Virus record (IMG/VR): IMGVR_UViG_3300032236_000387
Span: 1-53,188 of that record
DNA from: a virus
Lineage: Duplodnaviria; Caudoviricetes
Length of the DNA stretch: 53,188 bases
Reading direction: 5' to 3' (one strand)
Shown: positions 46,056 to 53,188 of the stretch, in pieces
Layout of the letters: each line of letters opens with the position of its first letter
Numbering within the stretch: the first letter of the stretch is position 1
Notes under the pieces: generated by a model
What the model saw: the letters and a program-made list of their open reading frames with translations, nothing else
What the model was told of the DNA's origin: nothing
Databases searched by the model: none
Position numbers and translations under genes: made by a program

Positions 46056-46279
46056 AGAACGAAGCGTGGCGTAAATGGTGGGCGATCCTGCATGGGAATC
46101 AAACACCGGCAGGTAAGTACAACCCACTGGAAGAGCATATGTGGGAAGCATGGTCAGCGGCATGGGATGCTTGCTGTAATCAGAATTGCAACGAGGGAAG
46201 AGAATGTCCACAGAGAAAGTCAAGCCAGTTTGTCAACAGTGCCGAATTAATCCGGGATCAGTCAAAGTCCCAACCTTGA
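46052..46279 (+). CDS. Hypothetical protein (75 aa, MKNEAWRKWW...)
   Basis: GGAGG RBS, ATGA overlap. Confidence 0.6.
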   Translation: MKNEAWRKWWAILHGNQTPAGKYNPLEEHMWEAWSAAWDACCNQNCNEGRECPQRKSSQFVNSAELIRDQSKSQP

Positions 46280-46333
46280 AAGGAAACAACTTTAGGTGGA
46301 AGTGCATTACTTGTCACGAAAGGAAGGGACAAA

Positions 46334-46564
46334 GTGGATTTAAAGACAAAGCAATCGGATGAAGCCGACGCATTGGCTGTTGCTTATTCCAGCGGGTTTG
46401 TTGAAGGAAAGAAGCGACGGCCTTGGGTGGGGCTGACCGACGTAGATGTGATCAAGATCATGAAGGAAAACAAGGAGGCGTTTGAAGACGCATCAAGGGT
46501 GTACTACACGAGGATGATCGTCAGGACCGCTGAAAAACACTTGAGGGAGAAAAACAATGGATAG
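46334..46564 (+). CDS. Hypothetical protein (RPWVGLTD...LREKN family)
   Basis: Motifs shared with 47050-47457. Confidence 0.65.
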   Translation: MDLKTKQSDEADALAVAYSSGFVEGKKRRPWVGLTDVDVIKIMKENKEAFEDASRVYYTRMIVRTAEKHLREKNNG

Positions 46565-46784
46565 AGAAGAGATCATCCGCATGGCGCGGGAGGCTGGGAT
46601 TCCGGGGGCGTGGGACTTGAATTGGTTTGACCCATATCTTGATAGCTTCGCCGCCCTTGTTGCCGCGCATGAGCGGGAGGAATGCGCCAAGGTTTGTGAT
46701 GATGCAAGAGATAATTCAAGCAACCCCGCTCATACCGTATGCATTAACTTGGCACATCGCATTCGCGCAAGGGGAACGAAATGA
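46557..46784 (+). CDS. Hypothetical protein (MDREEIIRMAREAG...EREECAKVC...IRARG family)
   Basis: Small-protein pattern common in proteobacterial phages. Confidence 0.7.
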   Translation: MDREEIIRMAREAGIPGAWDLNWFDPYLDSFAALVAAHEREECAKVCDDARDNSSNPAHTVCINLAHRIRARGTK

Positions 46785-47053
46785 AATGGAAAACCGAAAG
46801 GCCAAATCGCAATCAATTGTGGGGCATGAGTCCAAGTCAGTTTAAGACAATGCTCAAACGGAAAGGTTACAAAGTTGACCGTGATTTTTTCAAGCAGGCT
46901 GCTGTTGCACACAAAAACAACAGGGCGTATCGGTTTAGGTATTGGTCTTTTCCAGAGTTTTTTGTTGACGTTTCCTGCCCGTTAAATGAATTTGACCGAT
47001 GGGCAAATAGCACTGACCGCGTTTTAACCTTTAACGATTGGATTGAATTATGA
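46781..47053 (+). CDS. Hypothetical protein (90 aa)
   Basis: ATGA-coupled. Confidence 0.65.
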   Translation: MKWKTERPNRNQLWGMSPSQFKTMLKRKGYKVDRDFFKQAAVAHKNNRAYRFRYWSFPEFFVDVSCPLNEFDRWANSTDRVLTFNDWIEL

Positions 47054-47457
47054 CCGACCGCGAACTAATGCAACAGGCGCTGGAAAATATTTGCGGTGCG
47101 AAACTGTGCGAAATCAACAGCATGAGTAGCCGTAACGAAATGATTCGCCTGTTGGATAAATCCATCACCGCCCTGCGCGATAGGCTGGCGCAGCCAGAGC
47201 AGGATCCGTTTGAATATTGGAACGCCGTCGAGGGCTGGGTAAAGATTGACGAAGTGCGTGAACACTTTAAGTCTGTCAATTGCGGAACTATTTACAAAAA
47301 ACCCGGAGAAGGCCGGGTTCCCCTTTACGCCGCCCCACCACAGCGCCCGTGGGTCGGGCTGACGGATGAGGACAGACAAGCATTGGCGGCAGAGCAACAC
47401 AGTTGGGAATGCTTATGTTCTGCGGTTGAGGCAAAACTTAAGGAGAAGAACACATGA
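47050..47457 (+). CDS. Hypothetical protein (135 aa) ending KLKEKNT
   Basis: ATGA-coupled. Confidence 0.7.
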   Translation: MTDRELMQQALENICGAKLCEINSMSSRNEMIRLLDKSITALRDRLAQPEQDPFEYWNAVEGWVKIDEVREHFKSVNCGTIYKKPGEGRVPLYAAPPQRPWVGLTDEDRQALAAEQHSWECLCSAVEAKLKEKNT

Positions 47458-47702
47458 ACTGGTTTCCTGAACACAAATGCGGGTTGTATTTGAACCACAA
47501 TGAACATCGAGACGTATATGAAACGGTTGAAGAATATTATGAAGCCGAAGACTTTATCTCCCCCGAGGAAAGGAACAAAGCCATAGCAGAGGACAACGTA
47601 TGGGTTTTGCAGTGGTATCCCAACACACCTATCGGGTTTAACCGCATGGCCGCTTCTACATTGGAGGCCATCAAAGCCAAACTCAAGGAGAAGAACGCGT
47701 GA
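47454..47702 (+). CDS. Hypothetical protein (82 aa) ending KLKEKNA
   Basis: AAGGAG RBS within the junction repeat. Confidence 0.7.
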   Translation: MNWFPEHKCGLYLNHNEHRDVYETVEEYYEAEDFISPEERNKAIAEDNVWVLQWYPNTPIGFNRMAASTLEAIKAKLKEKNA

Positions 47703-47827
47703 AAACGATAGTCTGTATTTTTGTTTGGCTGCTAGTGCCAGTCGCTTTCGTTTCGGTTTGTTATGACGTAGCAAAAGAGTTTGTTGAACAAAAACTCAGT
47801 ACCATGCTCAAGGAGAAGAACACATGA
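47699..47827 (+). CDS. Small membrane protein (42 aa) ending LKEKNT
   Basis: GTGA overlap, AAGGAG RBS; below ORF-track cutoff. Confidence 0.6.
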   Translation: MKTIVCIFVWLLVPVAFVSVCYDVAKEFVEQKLSTMLKEKNT

Positions 47828-47994
47828 GAACTAAACAAGAAATTAAACACGAACTTCTAGAATTGTACGGTGCAAACGAAGCTTTAGGCTTGGTGGCAAA
47901 TATGATTCATGAGGAATGCATGGAAAAGATGAAACGGATGTTTATGTTGAATCAAATGCTTAAAGAGATGGATGATGAGGAGAAGAGCACATGA
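47824..47994 (+). CDS. Hypothetical protein (56 aa, MRTKQEIKHELL...)
   Basis: ATGA overlap, AAGGAG RBS. Confidence 0.6.
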   Translation: MRTKQEIKHELLELYGANEALGLVANMIHEECMEKMKRMFMLNQMLKEMDDEEKST

Positions 47995-48161
47995 TAGTTA
48001 ACGGAAAAATTGTCCCAGATTGGGATAAGTCAAAAATATCAACAGGTTACCAACGTCCTGCTCAATTTAAAATGGTGACTTGGGATATGGGCCGGTTGCA
48101 AGGCTGGTTGTTAGGTCAGAACAAGTTAAAGCGTTCGTTTTTTGAAAGGATTATTCGATGA
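47991..48161 (+). CDS. Hypothetical protein (56 aa, MIVNGKIVPDWDK...)
   Basis: ATGA overlap, GAGGAG RBS. Confidence 0.6.
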   Translation: MIVNGKIVPDWDKSKISTGYQRPAQFKMVTWDMGRLQGWLLGQNKLKRSFFERIIR

Positions 48162-48340
48162 AACTCGTAATTGCTGAAGGTGCTTTTGATTCGTTTGAGG
48201 GCACGCAGGAGGAATTGGATGCATTGATCGCCAAGATTCAAGAGATGATCAATCAACCTGATTTTGAATCTAAAAGCACGCCGCTAACTGAAGAGGAAAG
48301 TCAGGTTATATTGCGTCGTCACCACAATTTAAGATCATGA
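48158..48340 (+). CDS. Hypothetical protein (60 aa, FDSFEGTQEELDALI)
   Basis: ATGA-coupled. Confidence 0.65.
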   Translation: MKLVIAEGAFDSFEGTQEELDALIAKIQEMINQPDFESKSTPLTEEESQVILRRHHNLRS

Positions 48341-48591
48341 GTGATGACAAACCTTTCATTATTTCTTTTAAAGAGCCATATCTCAGTGACTGGGATATGA
48401 GGAAAGCGAAACATAGTGAAGTGACAAAAATTATCAACGTCGCCGGAGTAGACGAAGAACGAAAAATGAAACTAGTGAAAGTCCGGATTCACAACAACAT
48501 TTTCAAGGCGTATGTTGATTGTGTGACGGGTAGCTTGTATATCCCCAAAACCGGGGTTTGTTTGTCGAGCACACAACTATTCATGAGGTGA
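48337..48591 (+). CDS. Hypothetical protein (84 aa)
   Basis: ATGA-coupled. Confidence 0.6.
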   Translation: MSDDKPFIISFKEPYLSDWDMRKAKHSEVTKIINVAGVDEERKMKLVKVRIHNNIFKAYVDCVTGSLYIPKTGVCLSSTQLFMR

Positions 48592-48592
48592 T

Positions 48593-49459
48593 ATGGACTT
48601 CATCGATTTTGCGAGGAGCCATGGGTTACAGATCACGGCCCTGTACCCATCGGAAAAAATCAAACGCTGCGGGACCACACTGAAGCCGCGGTCGGACAAT
48701 GGCGCGTATTTTTGGGATGGGACTCGGGGATGGATCATGGACTGGTCGGGAGAGGCCAAGGTGGTCTGGTACTCAGATTCCAAACCATGGACAGAGGCAG
48801 ACAAGCAGGCATGGCGCGACCGCAGACGCGCTCAATCCACTGAGCAGAGCAAACGGTACGAGGAGGCCGGTAAACGGGCGCAGGAGACGCTACAGCGTGC
48901 CCAGATGGCCGATCACAACTACTTCGAGTACAAGGGTCTGAAAGGGACTCAGGGGCTGGTGATTGGTGATGCATTGTTGATCCCGATGAGGAATGTTCAC
49001 ACGAACGCTTTGCAGGGCTACCAGCGAATCGTGTGGGTTCCGCATGAGTTGAAGTACGAAAAGAAGATGCTGCCGGGTATGAGGGCGCGTCATGCGGTTC
49101 ACTACCTCGGTGGCCGATCCAGCGAGTACTGGTTGGTGGAAGGATACGTTACCGGGTTAAGTCTTCACGCTGCCCTAAGAAGCTGCGGGTCGAAGGCATC
49201 GGTGATTGTGTGCTTCTCGGCGAACAACTTGATTCAGGTGGCCGGTCAGTTGAATGGTCAGGTCTTTGTGTTTGCGGACAACGACAAGTCGCAGACCGGG
49301 CAACAGGCTGCAGAGCAGACCGGACGACCTTGGACCATGGCGGACGAGGAAGGATTCGACGCCAATGATTTACACGTTAAAAGCGGGTTGTTTGCGGTGG
49401 TGAAAAAAATCATGGAACTGAAGAAAAAGCACTTGACGGAGGTATCAAGGGCCGCTTAA
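48593..49459 (+). CDS. TOPRIM-domain primase
   Basis: LLIPMRN...LQGYQRI...LVEGYVTGLS...FADND...DAND. Confidence 0.85.
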   Translation: MDFIDFARSHGLQITALYPSEKIKRCGTTLKPRSDNGAYFWDGTRGWIMDWSGEAKVVWYSDSKPWTEADKQAWRDRRRAQSTEQSKRYEEAGKRAQETLQRAQMADHNYFEYKGLKGTQGLVIGDALLIPMRNVHTNALQGYQRIVWVPHELKYEKKMLPGMRARHAVHYLGGRSSEYWLVEGYVTGLSLHAALRSCGSKASVIVCFSANNLIQVAGQLNGQVFVFADNDKSQTGQQAAEQTGRPWTMADEEGFDANDLHVKSGLFAVVKKIMELKKKHLTEVSRAA

Positions 49460-49465
49460 AGTCCG

Positions 49466-49592
49466 CACATCGATGGCTGGAACCCATTGAGAAAGAGCAG
49501 TTAAGCCTGATCCCGACCCCGGAAGGGGTGCCTCAGAAGCCACAAGTTTCTGGGTGGTTCCACCGGGGTCAGACTTAACTGCTCTTTTTTTT
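49466..49592 (+). ncRNA. Structured RNA or attenuator: long closing stem with internal hairpins and a U-tract
   Basis: AAAGAGCAGTTAAG (49492-49505) pairs with CTTAACTGCTCTTT (49574-49587); candidate promoter TTGACG(49433)...TAAAGT upstream. Confidence 0.6.
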
Positions 49593-49889
49593 ATCCCGCT
49601 GAGTTGGACGCGCACTGGCAGTAGCGACTCAGGGACACCCCTACTACGGGAAAGATGCTGAGACAGGGGAAAGGGTGGCGAAGATAGCGCCCTTGCATCG
49701 AACGGCTGTCGGGTCATGTGGCTCCGAGGAGAACATGAGAAGGCAGATCTAGGAGGGCTAGGTCTGTCCACCAAAGAGAACAGTGAAGAGAAGTGATTGA
49801 AAGTAATTGACAGTAATTGGGCCGAGCGCCCATTTTTTTTTACTGAAACCCAAACTTTGTGTTAGACTGTGGTGATCAAAGGAGAGATC

Positions 49890-50540
49890 ATGTCGGACAC
49901 ACTTGAGGAATTTCACTACTTCACGTCGCCGGTTTACGCGGTCAAGAAACCTGAGTTTCTGGACGTTCTGAGGGCTGTGTCGGCCAAGTACTTGGCGAAA
50001 TCCAAGGCCAGAAAGAAAACGACCAAGCCGATCACGGTGATGACGGGGAATTTTGCGACTGATCCCGCGGTGGCTGCGTTTGCCCAGTATGTCTCGCAGA
50101 GCAGTTGGAACATTCTGAACGCGCAGGGATATGCGGCGGACGACGTGGTGACGTACTTCAAAGAGATGTGGTGTCAGGAACATAATTTTATGAGCCATCT
50201 TGATCCGCACTTCCATGGGGAGGGTGCCCAGATGGCTGCGTTTTATTTTCTGGATGTGCCGATCAAGAGTGCGAAGCTTTTGATCCATGATCCGCGGGAT
50301 GCCAAGATCATGGCGTCGTTGCCTGAGAAGAATCCCAAAGTTGTGTCGCCTGCCGCGCACAAGGTTGTCCTGACGCCGCAGGAGGGTACTCTGGTGATAT
50401 TCAATTCGTGGATGACGCACTCGATTTCCCGGCATCTGAACCGAGAGAAATCGATGCGGTTCATCCACATGAACCTTGGCGTTGCTCCCGCGGTGAAGCA
50501 GCGCAAAACCGTCAAAGAGCCATCAGTGGAGATCATATGA
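49890..50540 (+). CDS. TIGR02466-like oxygenase, paralog B
   Basis: WCQEH...HFH...FYFL...IHDPR...PQEGTLVIFNSWMTHS; AAGGAG RBS before the ATG at 49890. Confidence 0.8.
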   Translation: MSDTLEEFHYFTSPVYAVKKPEFLDVLRAVSAKYLAKSKARKKTTKPITVMTGNFATDPAVAAFAQYVSQSSWNILNAQGYAADDVVTYFKEMWCQEHNFMSHLDPHFHGEGAQMAAFYFLDVPIKSAKLLIHDPRDAKIMASLPEKNPKVVSPAAHKVVLTPQEGTLVIFNSWMTHSISRHLNREKSMRFIHMNLGVAPAVKQRKTVKEPSVEII

Positions 50541-50785
50541 AGTTTCGGATTCGATTCAATAAGTCTCGCGGTCAAGAGGGTCGAGGAACGGTTGATCACG
50601 TCTGGAGAGTGTTCGCCGATGAAAAAGAGTACTTGGCCAAACACGTTGTGTTGGAGGTCAAGTCGAGAAGTGAGAAGCAGGAAGGATCGGAGGATTGGAA
50701 CATCACCTGCGAGGGCGAAATGAGCATTGACCGTGCGACTTCGACGATTACGATTGGGGAGGTGTATGACGCGGTACTTAAATGA
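50537..50785 (+). CDS. Hypothetical protein (82 aa, MKFRIRFNKSRGQEGRGT...)
   Basis: GGAG RBS, ATGA overlap. Confidence 0.7.
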   Translation: MKFRIRFNKSRGQEGRGTVDHVWRVFADEKEYLAKHVVLEVKSRSEKQEGSEDWNITCEGEMSIDRATSTITIGEVYDAVLK

Positions 50786-51074
50786 AGAGGAGTTCAACAA
50801 AGCGTGGGAAACCCATCTCCGGCGCAGGAATGCGTTTATTCGAGAGGGTCTAGATGAAGTAGATGCGTGGAATCTGTCGGAGCAGATGTTCGACCGAGAC
50901 ATGGAGATCGAGGGGAACGATCTGCAGGGTGGCCAGTTGAGAGTGTGTTTTGAGTGCAAGAACTACAAGAAAGGTCTATGTCAGGCGATCAGGAATTCGA
51001 AGGGTGATCCTACGGTGCCCAACAAGTTTGTCTTACAAAAATGTGATTTTTTTATGCTGAGGGGAAGCAAATGA
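50766..51074 (+). CDS. Hypothetical protein with Cys cluster (CFECKN...C...C)
   Basis: GGAGG RBS, ATG at 50766. Confidence 0.65.
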   Translation: MTRYLNEEEFNKAWETHLRRRNAFIREGLDEVDAWNLSEQMFDRDMEIEGNDLQGGQLRVCFECKNYKKGLCQAIRNSKGDPTVPNKFVLQKCDFFMLRGSK

Positions 51075-51523
51075 TTTTAGGGATTGATCCCGGCGCATCC
51101 GGGGCGCTGGTGCTACTGAATGTTGATGGCACGCCCATTGAATGGATGCGGATGCCGACCATGATCGTGGGGCGCTCCACGCGGGTGAACGCGGCAGCGT
51201 TAGCGAGGTTTCTCGATGACTACCACATCAAGACCGCGTATCTGGAGAACGTCCACTCGATGCCGAAGCAGGGTGTTGCTTCGTCATTCAATTTTGGGCA
51301 CGCCTGCGGGGTCATAGAAGGCGTTCTAGGCGCGTTAGTCATCCCGGTGAGGCTAGTGACCCCACAGAAGTGGAAACGCGCTGCAGGGCTGATTGGGGCC
51401 GATAAGGACGCATCCAGAGTAAAGGCCATTCAAGTGTGGCCATTCTGGTCTGAGTTGGACAAGATCGGTGAGGGGCAGGCGTATGCCGATGCCGCGTTGA
51501 TTGCGAGGTTCGGCGATGCATGA
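51071..51523 (+). CDS. RuvC-like Holliday junction resolvase
   Basis: ILGIDPGASGA...YLENV...FNFG...VTPQKWK...ADAALIA. Confidence 0.88.
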   Translation: MILGIDPGASGALVLLNVDGTPIEWMRMPTMIVGRSTRVNAAALARFLDDYHIKTAYLENVHSMPKQGVASSFNFGHACGVIEGVLGALVIPVRLVTPQKWKRAAGLIGADKDASRVKAIQVWPFWSELDKIGEGQAYADAALIARFGDA

Positions 51524-51851
51524 CATCAACGCAGCCGTCGATTATCTGTATACCCACGGGCGCAAGTACGCCGAGGCGAAGGCCCATCGGGTGTATCTCG
51601 AAGAATATCGAAAGTCGCAAAAAGCGATGCTGATGAAGCAGGCCATGACATCGGGCGTTGCGAAGACTGCGGTGGCCGCGGAGATCGAAGCGTATTCCGA
51701 TCCGGTGTACATCGAGGTGCTAAAGGGTCTAGAAGCGTCTGTAGAGGCCGAGGAAGCCCTGCGATGGGGTTTGGTATCGGCACAGGCAAGAATCGACGTA
51801 TGGCGCTCTACAGAGGCGTCCAACCGGGTTATGGATAAGGCGGTGGCATGA
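51516..51851 (+). CDS. Helical hypothetical protein (possibly UvsY-like)
   Basis: All-helical; located among recombination genes. Confidence 0.5.
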   Translation: MHDINAAVDYLYTHGRKYAEAKAHRVYLEEYRKSQKAMLMKQAMTSGVAKTAVAAEIEAYSDPVYIEVLKGLEASVEAEEALRWGLVSAQARIDVWRSTEASNRVMDKAVA

Positions 51852-52111
51852 ACGGGAAATACTCGCAGGCGGAGCGTGACTGGGTGCAGAAAGTGAAAGA
51901 GCTGCCGTGCTCTGTCTGTGCCCAGCCGGGTCCAAGCGATGCACACCACATCAAGCAGGGGCTGCACTACACGGTAGTGGCCCTGTGCAAGTCCTGCCAC
52001 CAAGGCTCGAAGATGGGCTGGCACGGCGAGAAAGTGGCGTGGCGTCTGGCTAAGATGGAAGAGATCGATGCCCTGAACGAGACGATCAAGAACATCCATC
52101 GAACGATGTAG
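51848..52111 (+). CDS. HNH-like Zn-binding nuclease (Ref/DUF968-like)
   Basis: CSVC...DAHHI...LCKSCH. Confidence 0.7.
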   Translation: MNGKYSQAERDWVQKVKELPCSVCAQPGPSDAHHIKQGLHYTVVALCKSCHQGSKMGWHGEKVAWRLAKMEEIDALNETIKNIHRTM

Positions 52112-52144
52112 GGTTTGTCCCTATAAGATTTTTTCACAACACGC

Positions 52145-52213
52145 TTGACAGACTCTAACTAGATGTTAGATACTCTCCTCACTGCACTAACGCAGGTTAA
52201 CAAGGAGAGCGAA
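52145..52213 (+). promoter_or_regulatory. Early promoter cassette 3: TTGACA(52145)-18bp-GATACT, operator TCTAAC-N5-GTTAGA, RBS
   Basis: Repeat of cassettes 1, 2 and 4. Confidence 0.85.
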
Positions 52214-52531
52214 ATGACTGAAGTTCAAGCCACCATCCAGACCCTCGCAACCATCGAGTCGCTGGGTTCCGACATCGACGCACTGTATGTGCTCGACCAG
52301 CAGGCCAAAGCACTTGCAGAGCAAGTCAAGGCCATGAAAGACGCCATTGCCAACAAGTACGGCGAGGGCGAGCACAAGGGCGAGCTGCACAGCGTGTCTG
52401 TCAAGCTGGTCGCTGTAGCAGGCACCGTTGACTACGCCAAGCTGTGCGTGGCCTACGGCATCCAAAAGGATGTGCTCGATACCTTCCGCAAGGATGGCCG
52501 CGCTGACATCCGCGTCACCCCAGCCAAGTAA
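52214..52531 (+). CDS. Hypothetical early protein (105 aa, MTEVQATIQT...)
   Basis: ATG after the cassette RBS. Confidence 0.75.
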   Translation: MTEVQATIQTLATIESLGSDIDALYVLDQQAKALAEQVKAMKDAIANKYGEGEHKGELHSVSVKLVAVAGTVDYAKLCVAYGIQKDVLDTFRKDGRADIRVTPAK

Positions 52532-52544
52532 TCAGGGGGCCACG

Positions 52545-52739
52545 ATGAAATTCAAACTCAACGTGGCCCGTGATGTCGACATAGATGACGGGAGTGATCC
52601 GATTTATCTGCTGAACCTCCCGGCAGGCTGGAAATTCGACAACAGGGAAGGGCGCACAAAATCGTTCCTGACGATGAAAGCACTGCGTGAAGCAGTCAAA
52701 AACGACGTAATCCCCGATGGAGAGCAAAATGGAAAATGA
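52545..52739 (+). CDS. Hypothetical protein (64 aa, MKFKLNVARD...)
   Basis: ATG at 52545 in the ORF-track frame. Confidence 0.6.
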   Translation: MKFKLNVARDVDIDDGSDPIYLLNLPAGWKFDNREGRTKSFLTMKALREAVKNDVIPDGEQNGK

Positions 52740-52887
52740 ATGGACACGAGGATTCGACGCAGGCGTTGCTTGCCTGCTGGACGAGATCGAACGGTACACC
52801 GAGCAACGTGAGTACGAGCCACGCATCGCCATGCCATTGCAGCGCCTGCTGGATCACCTGAAACAAGAGGCTAGGGAAACTACCTAG
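52729..52887 (+). CDS. Hypothetical protein (52 aa, MENEWTRGFDAG...)
   Basis: GGAG RBS; below ORF-track cutoff. Confidence 0.55.
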   Translation: MENEWTRGFDAGVACLLDEIERYTEQREYEPRIAMPLQRLLDHLKQEARETT

Positions 52888-52893
52888 AAAAAA

Positions 52894-52976
52894 ACCTGCG
52901 TTAGTGCTTGACAGACTCTAACTCAATGTTAGATACTACGTTCACTGCACTAACGCAGGTAACCAAAGGAACTGAA
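52894..52976 (+). promoter_or_regulatory. Early promoter cassette 4: TTGACA(52908)-18bp-GATACT, operator, 14-bp flanking inverted repeat, RBS
   Basis: Repeat of cassette 1. Confidence 0.85.
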
Positions 52977-53135
52977 ATGCTCGCTTCAATCTTCAACGCA
53001 CCAGCCAAACGCTTCATCCTGATCATGCACACTGAGGCATCGATCACAACCGAAGTTCTCCGACTGACCTTTTCCTCGAAGGCGGAGGCCAAAGCAGAGG
53101 CCAAACGCCGCGGCCTGAAGGCTTGGAATTACTGA
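52977..53135 (+). CDS. Hypothetical early protein (52 aa, MLASIFNAPAKR...), whose 3' end is duplicated at 1-70
   Basis: ATG after the cassette RBS. Confidence 0.7.
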   Translation: MLASIFNAPAKRFILIMHTEASITTEVLRLTFSSKAEAKAEAKRRGLKAWNY

Positions 53136-53188
53136 AACCAGCAGGGGGCCACGGCCCCCGTTCAGAACCTTAATCAAGGAAAAAATCA
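53066..53188 (+). repeat. 123-bp terminal direct repeat, right copy
   Basis: Identical to 1-123. Confidence 0.97.

Larger units (their letters stand above)
1..53188. mobile_element. Complete tailed dsDNA bacteriophage genome (Caudoviricetes, podovirus-like gene order)
   Basis: TerS, TerL, portal, scaffold, capsid, nozzle, ejection, lysis and replication genes present; ends overlap by 123 bp; no recognisable tape measure, sheath or integrase. Confidence 0.95.

Noticed and set aside
52163-53135. Apparent shared N-terminal peptide MLDT...TALTQV in ORFs 628, 1374, 52163 and 52908
   Set aside because: Translation of the promoter repeat; real starts follow the AAGGA(G) RBS at 728, 1425, 52214 and 52977.

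Overview
The window is a complete, circularly closed tailed-phage genome of about 53.07 kb: bases 1-123 recur exactly at 53066-53188. Gene order is podovirus-like: TerS, TerL, a large multidomain protein, portal, GroES-like, scaffold, capsid, decoration and fibre proteins, lysis (GH108 lysozyme plus holins), adaptor/nozzle and ejection proteins. A short minus-strand block (PD-(D/E)XK nuclease, Tad1-like Gp49 protein, SSB-like) follows, then a plus-strand replication block (Cro-like HTH, ParB-like, SF2 helicase, TOPRIM primase, RuvC-like) and small early genes behind repeated sigma70 promoters. I recognise no integrase, DNA or RNA polymerase, tRNA or CRISPR array. A freshwater Burkholderiales-type host is a weak inference. 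Most notable: (1) a short (F/Y/H/M/K)-(A/K)-x-G-G peptide tag occurs roughly 30 times across seven late proteins and marks boundaries between cargo-like domains, suggesting a polyprotein-processing or capsid-loading signal; (2) an orphan ParB-like protein co-occurs with five copies of a perfect 17-bp palindrome GTGTAATC-S-GATTACAC, one inside its own gene; (3) a virion-module protein has RTX-like repeats with Cys in place of Asp and a ~135-aa Cys run, alongside two His-triad oxygenases; (4) four promoter cassettes carry an internal operator, two of them within co-varying inverted repeats. All protein assignments come from motif recognition by eye, not database searches.
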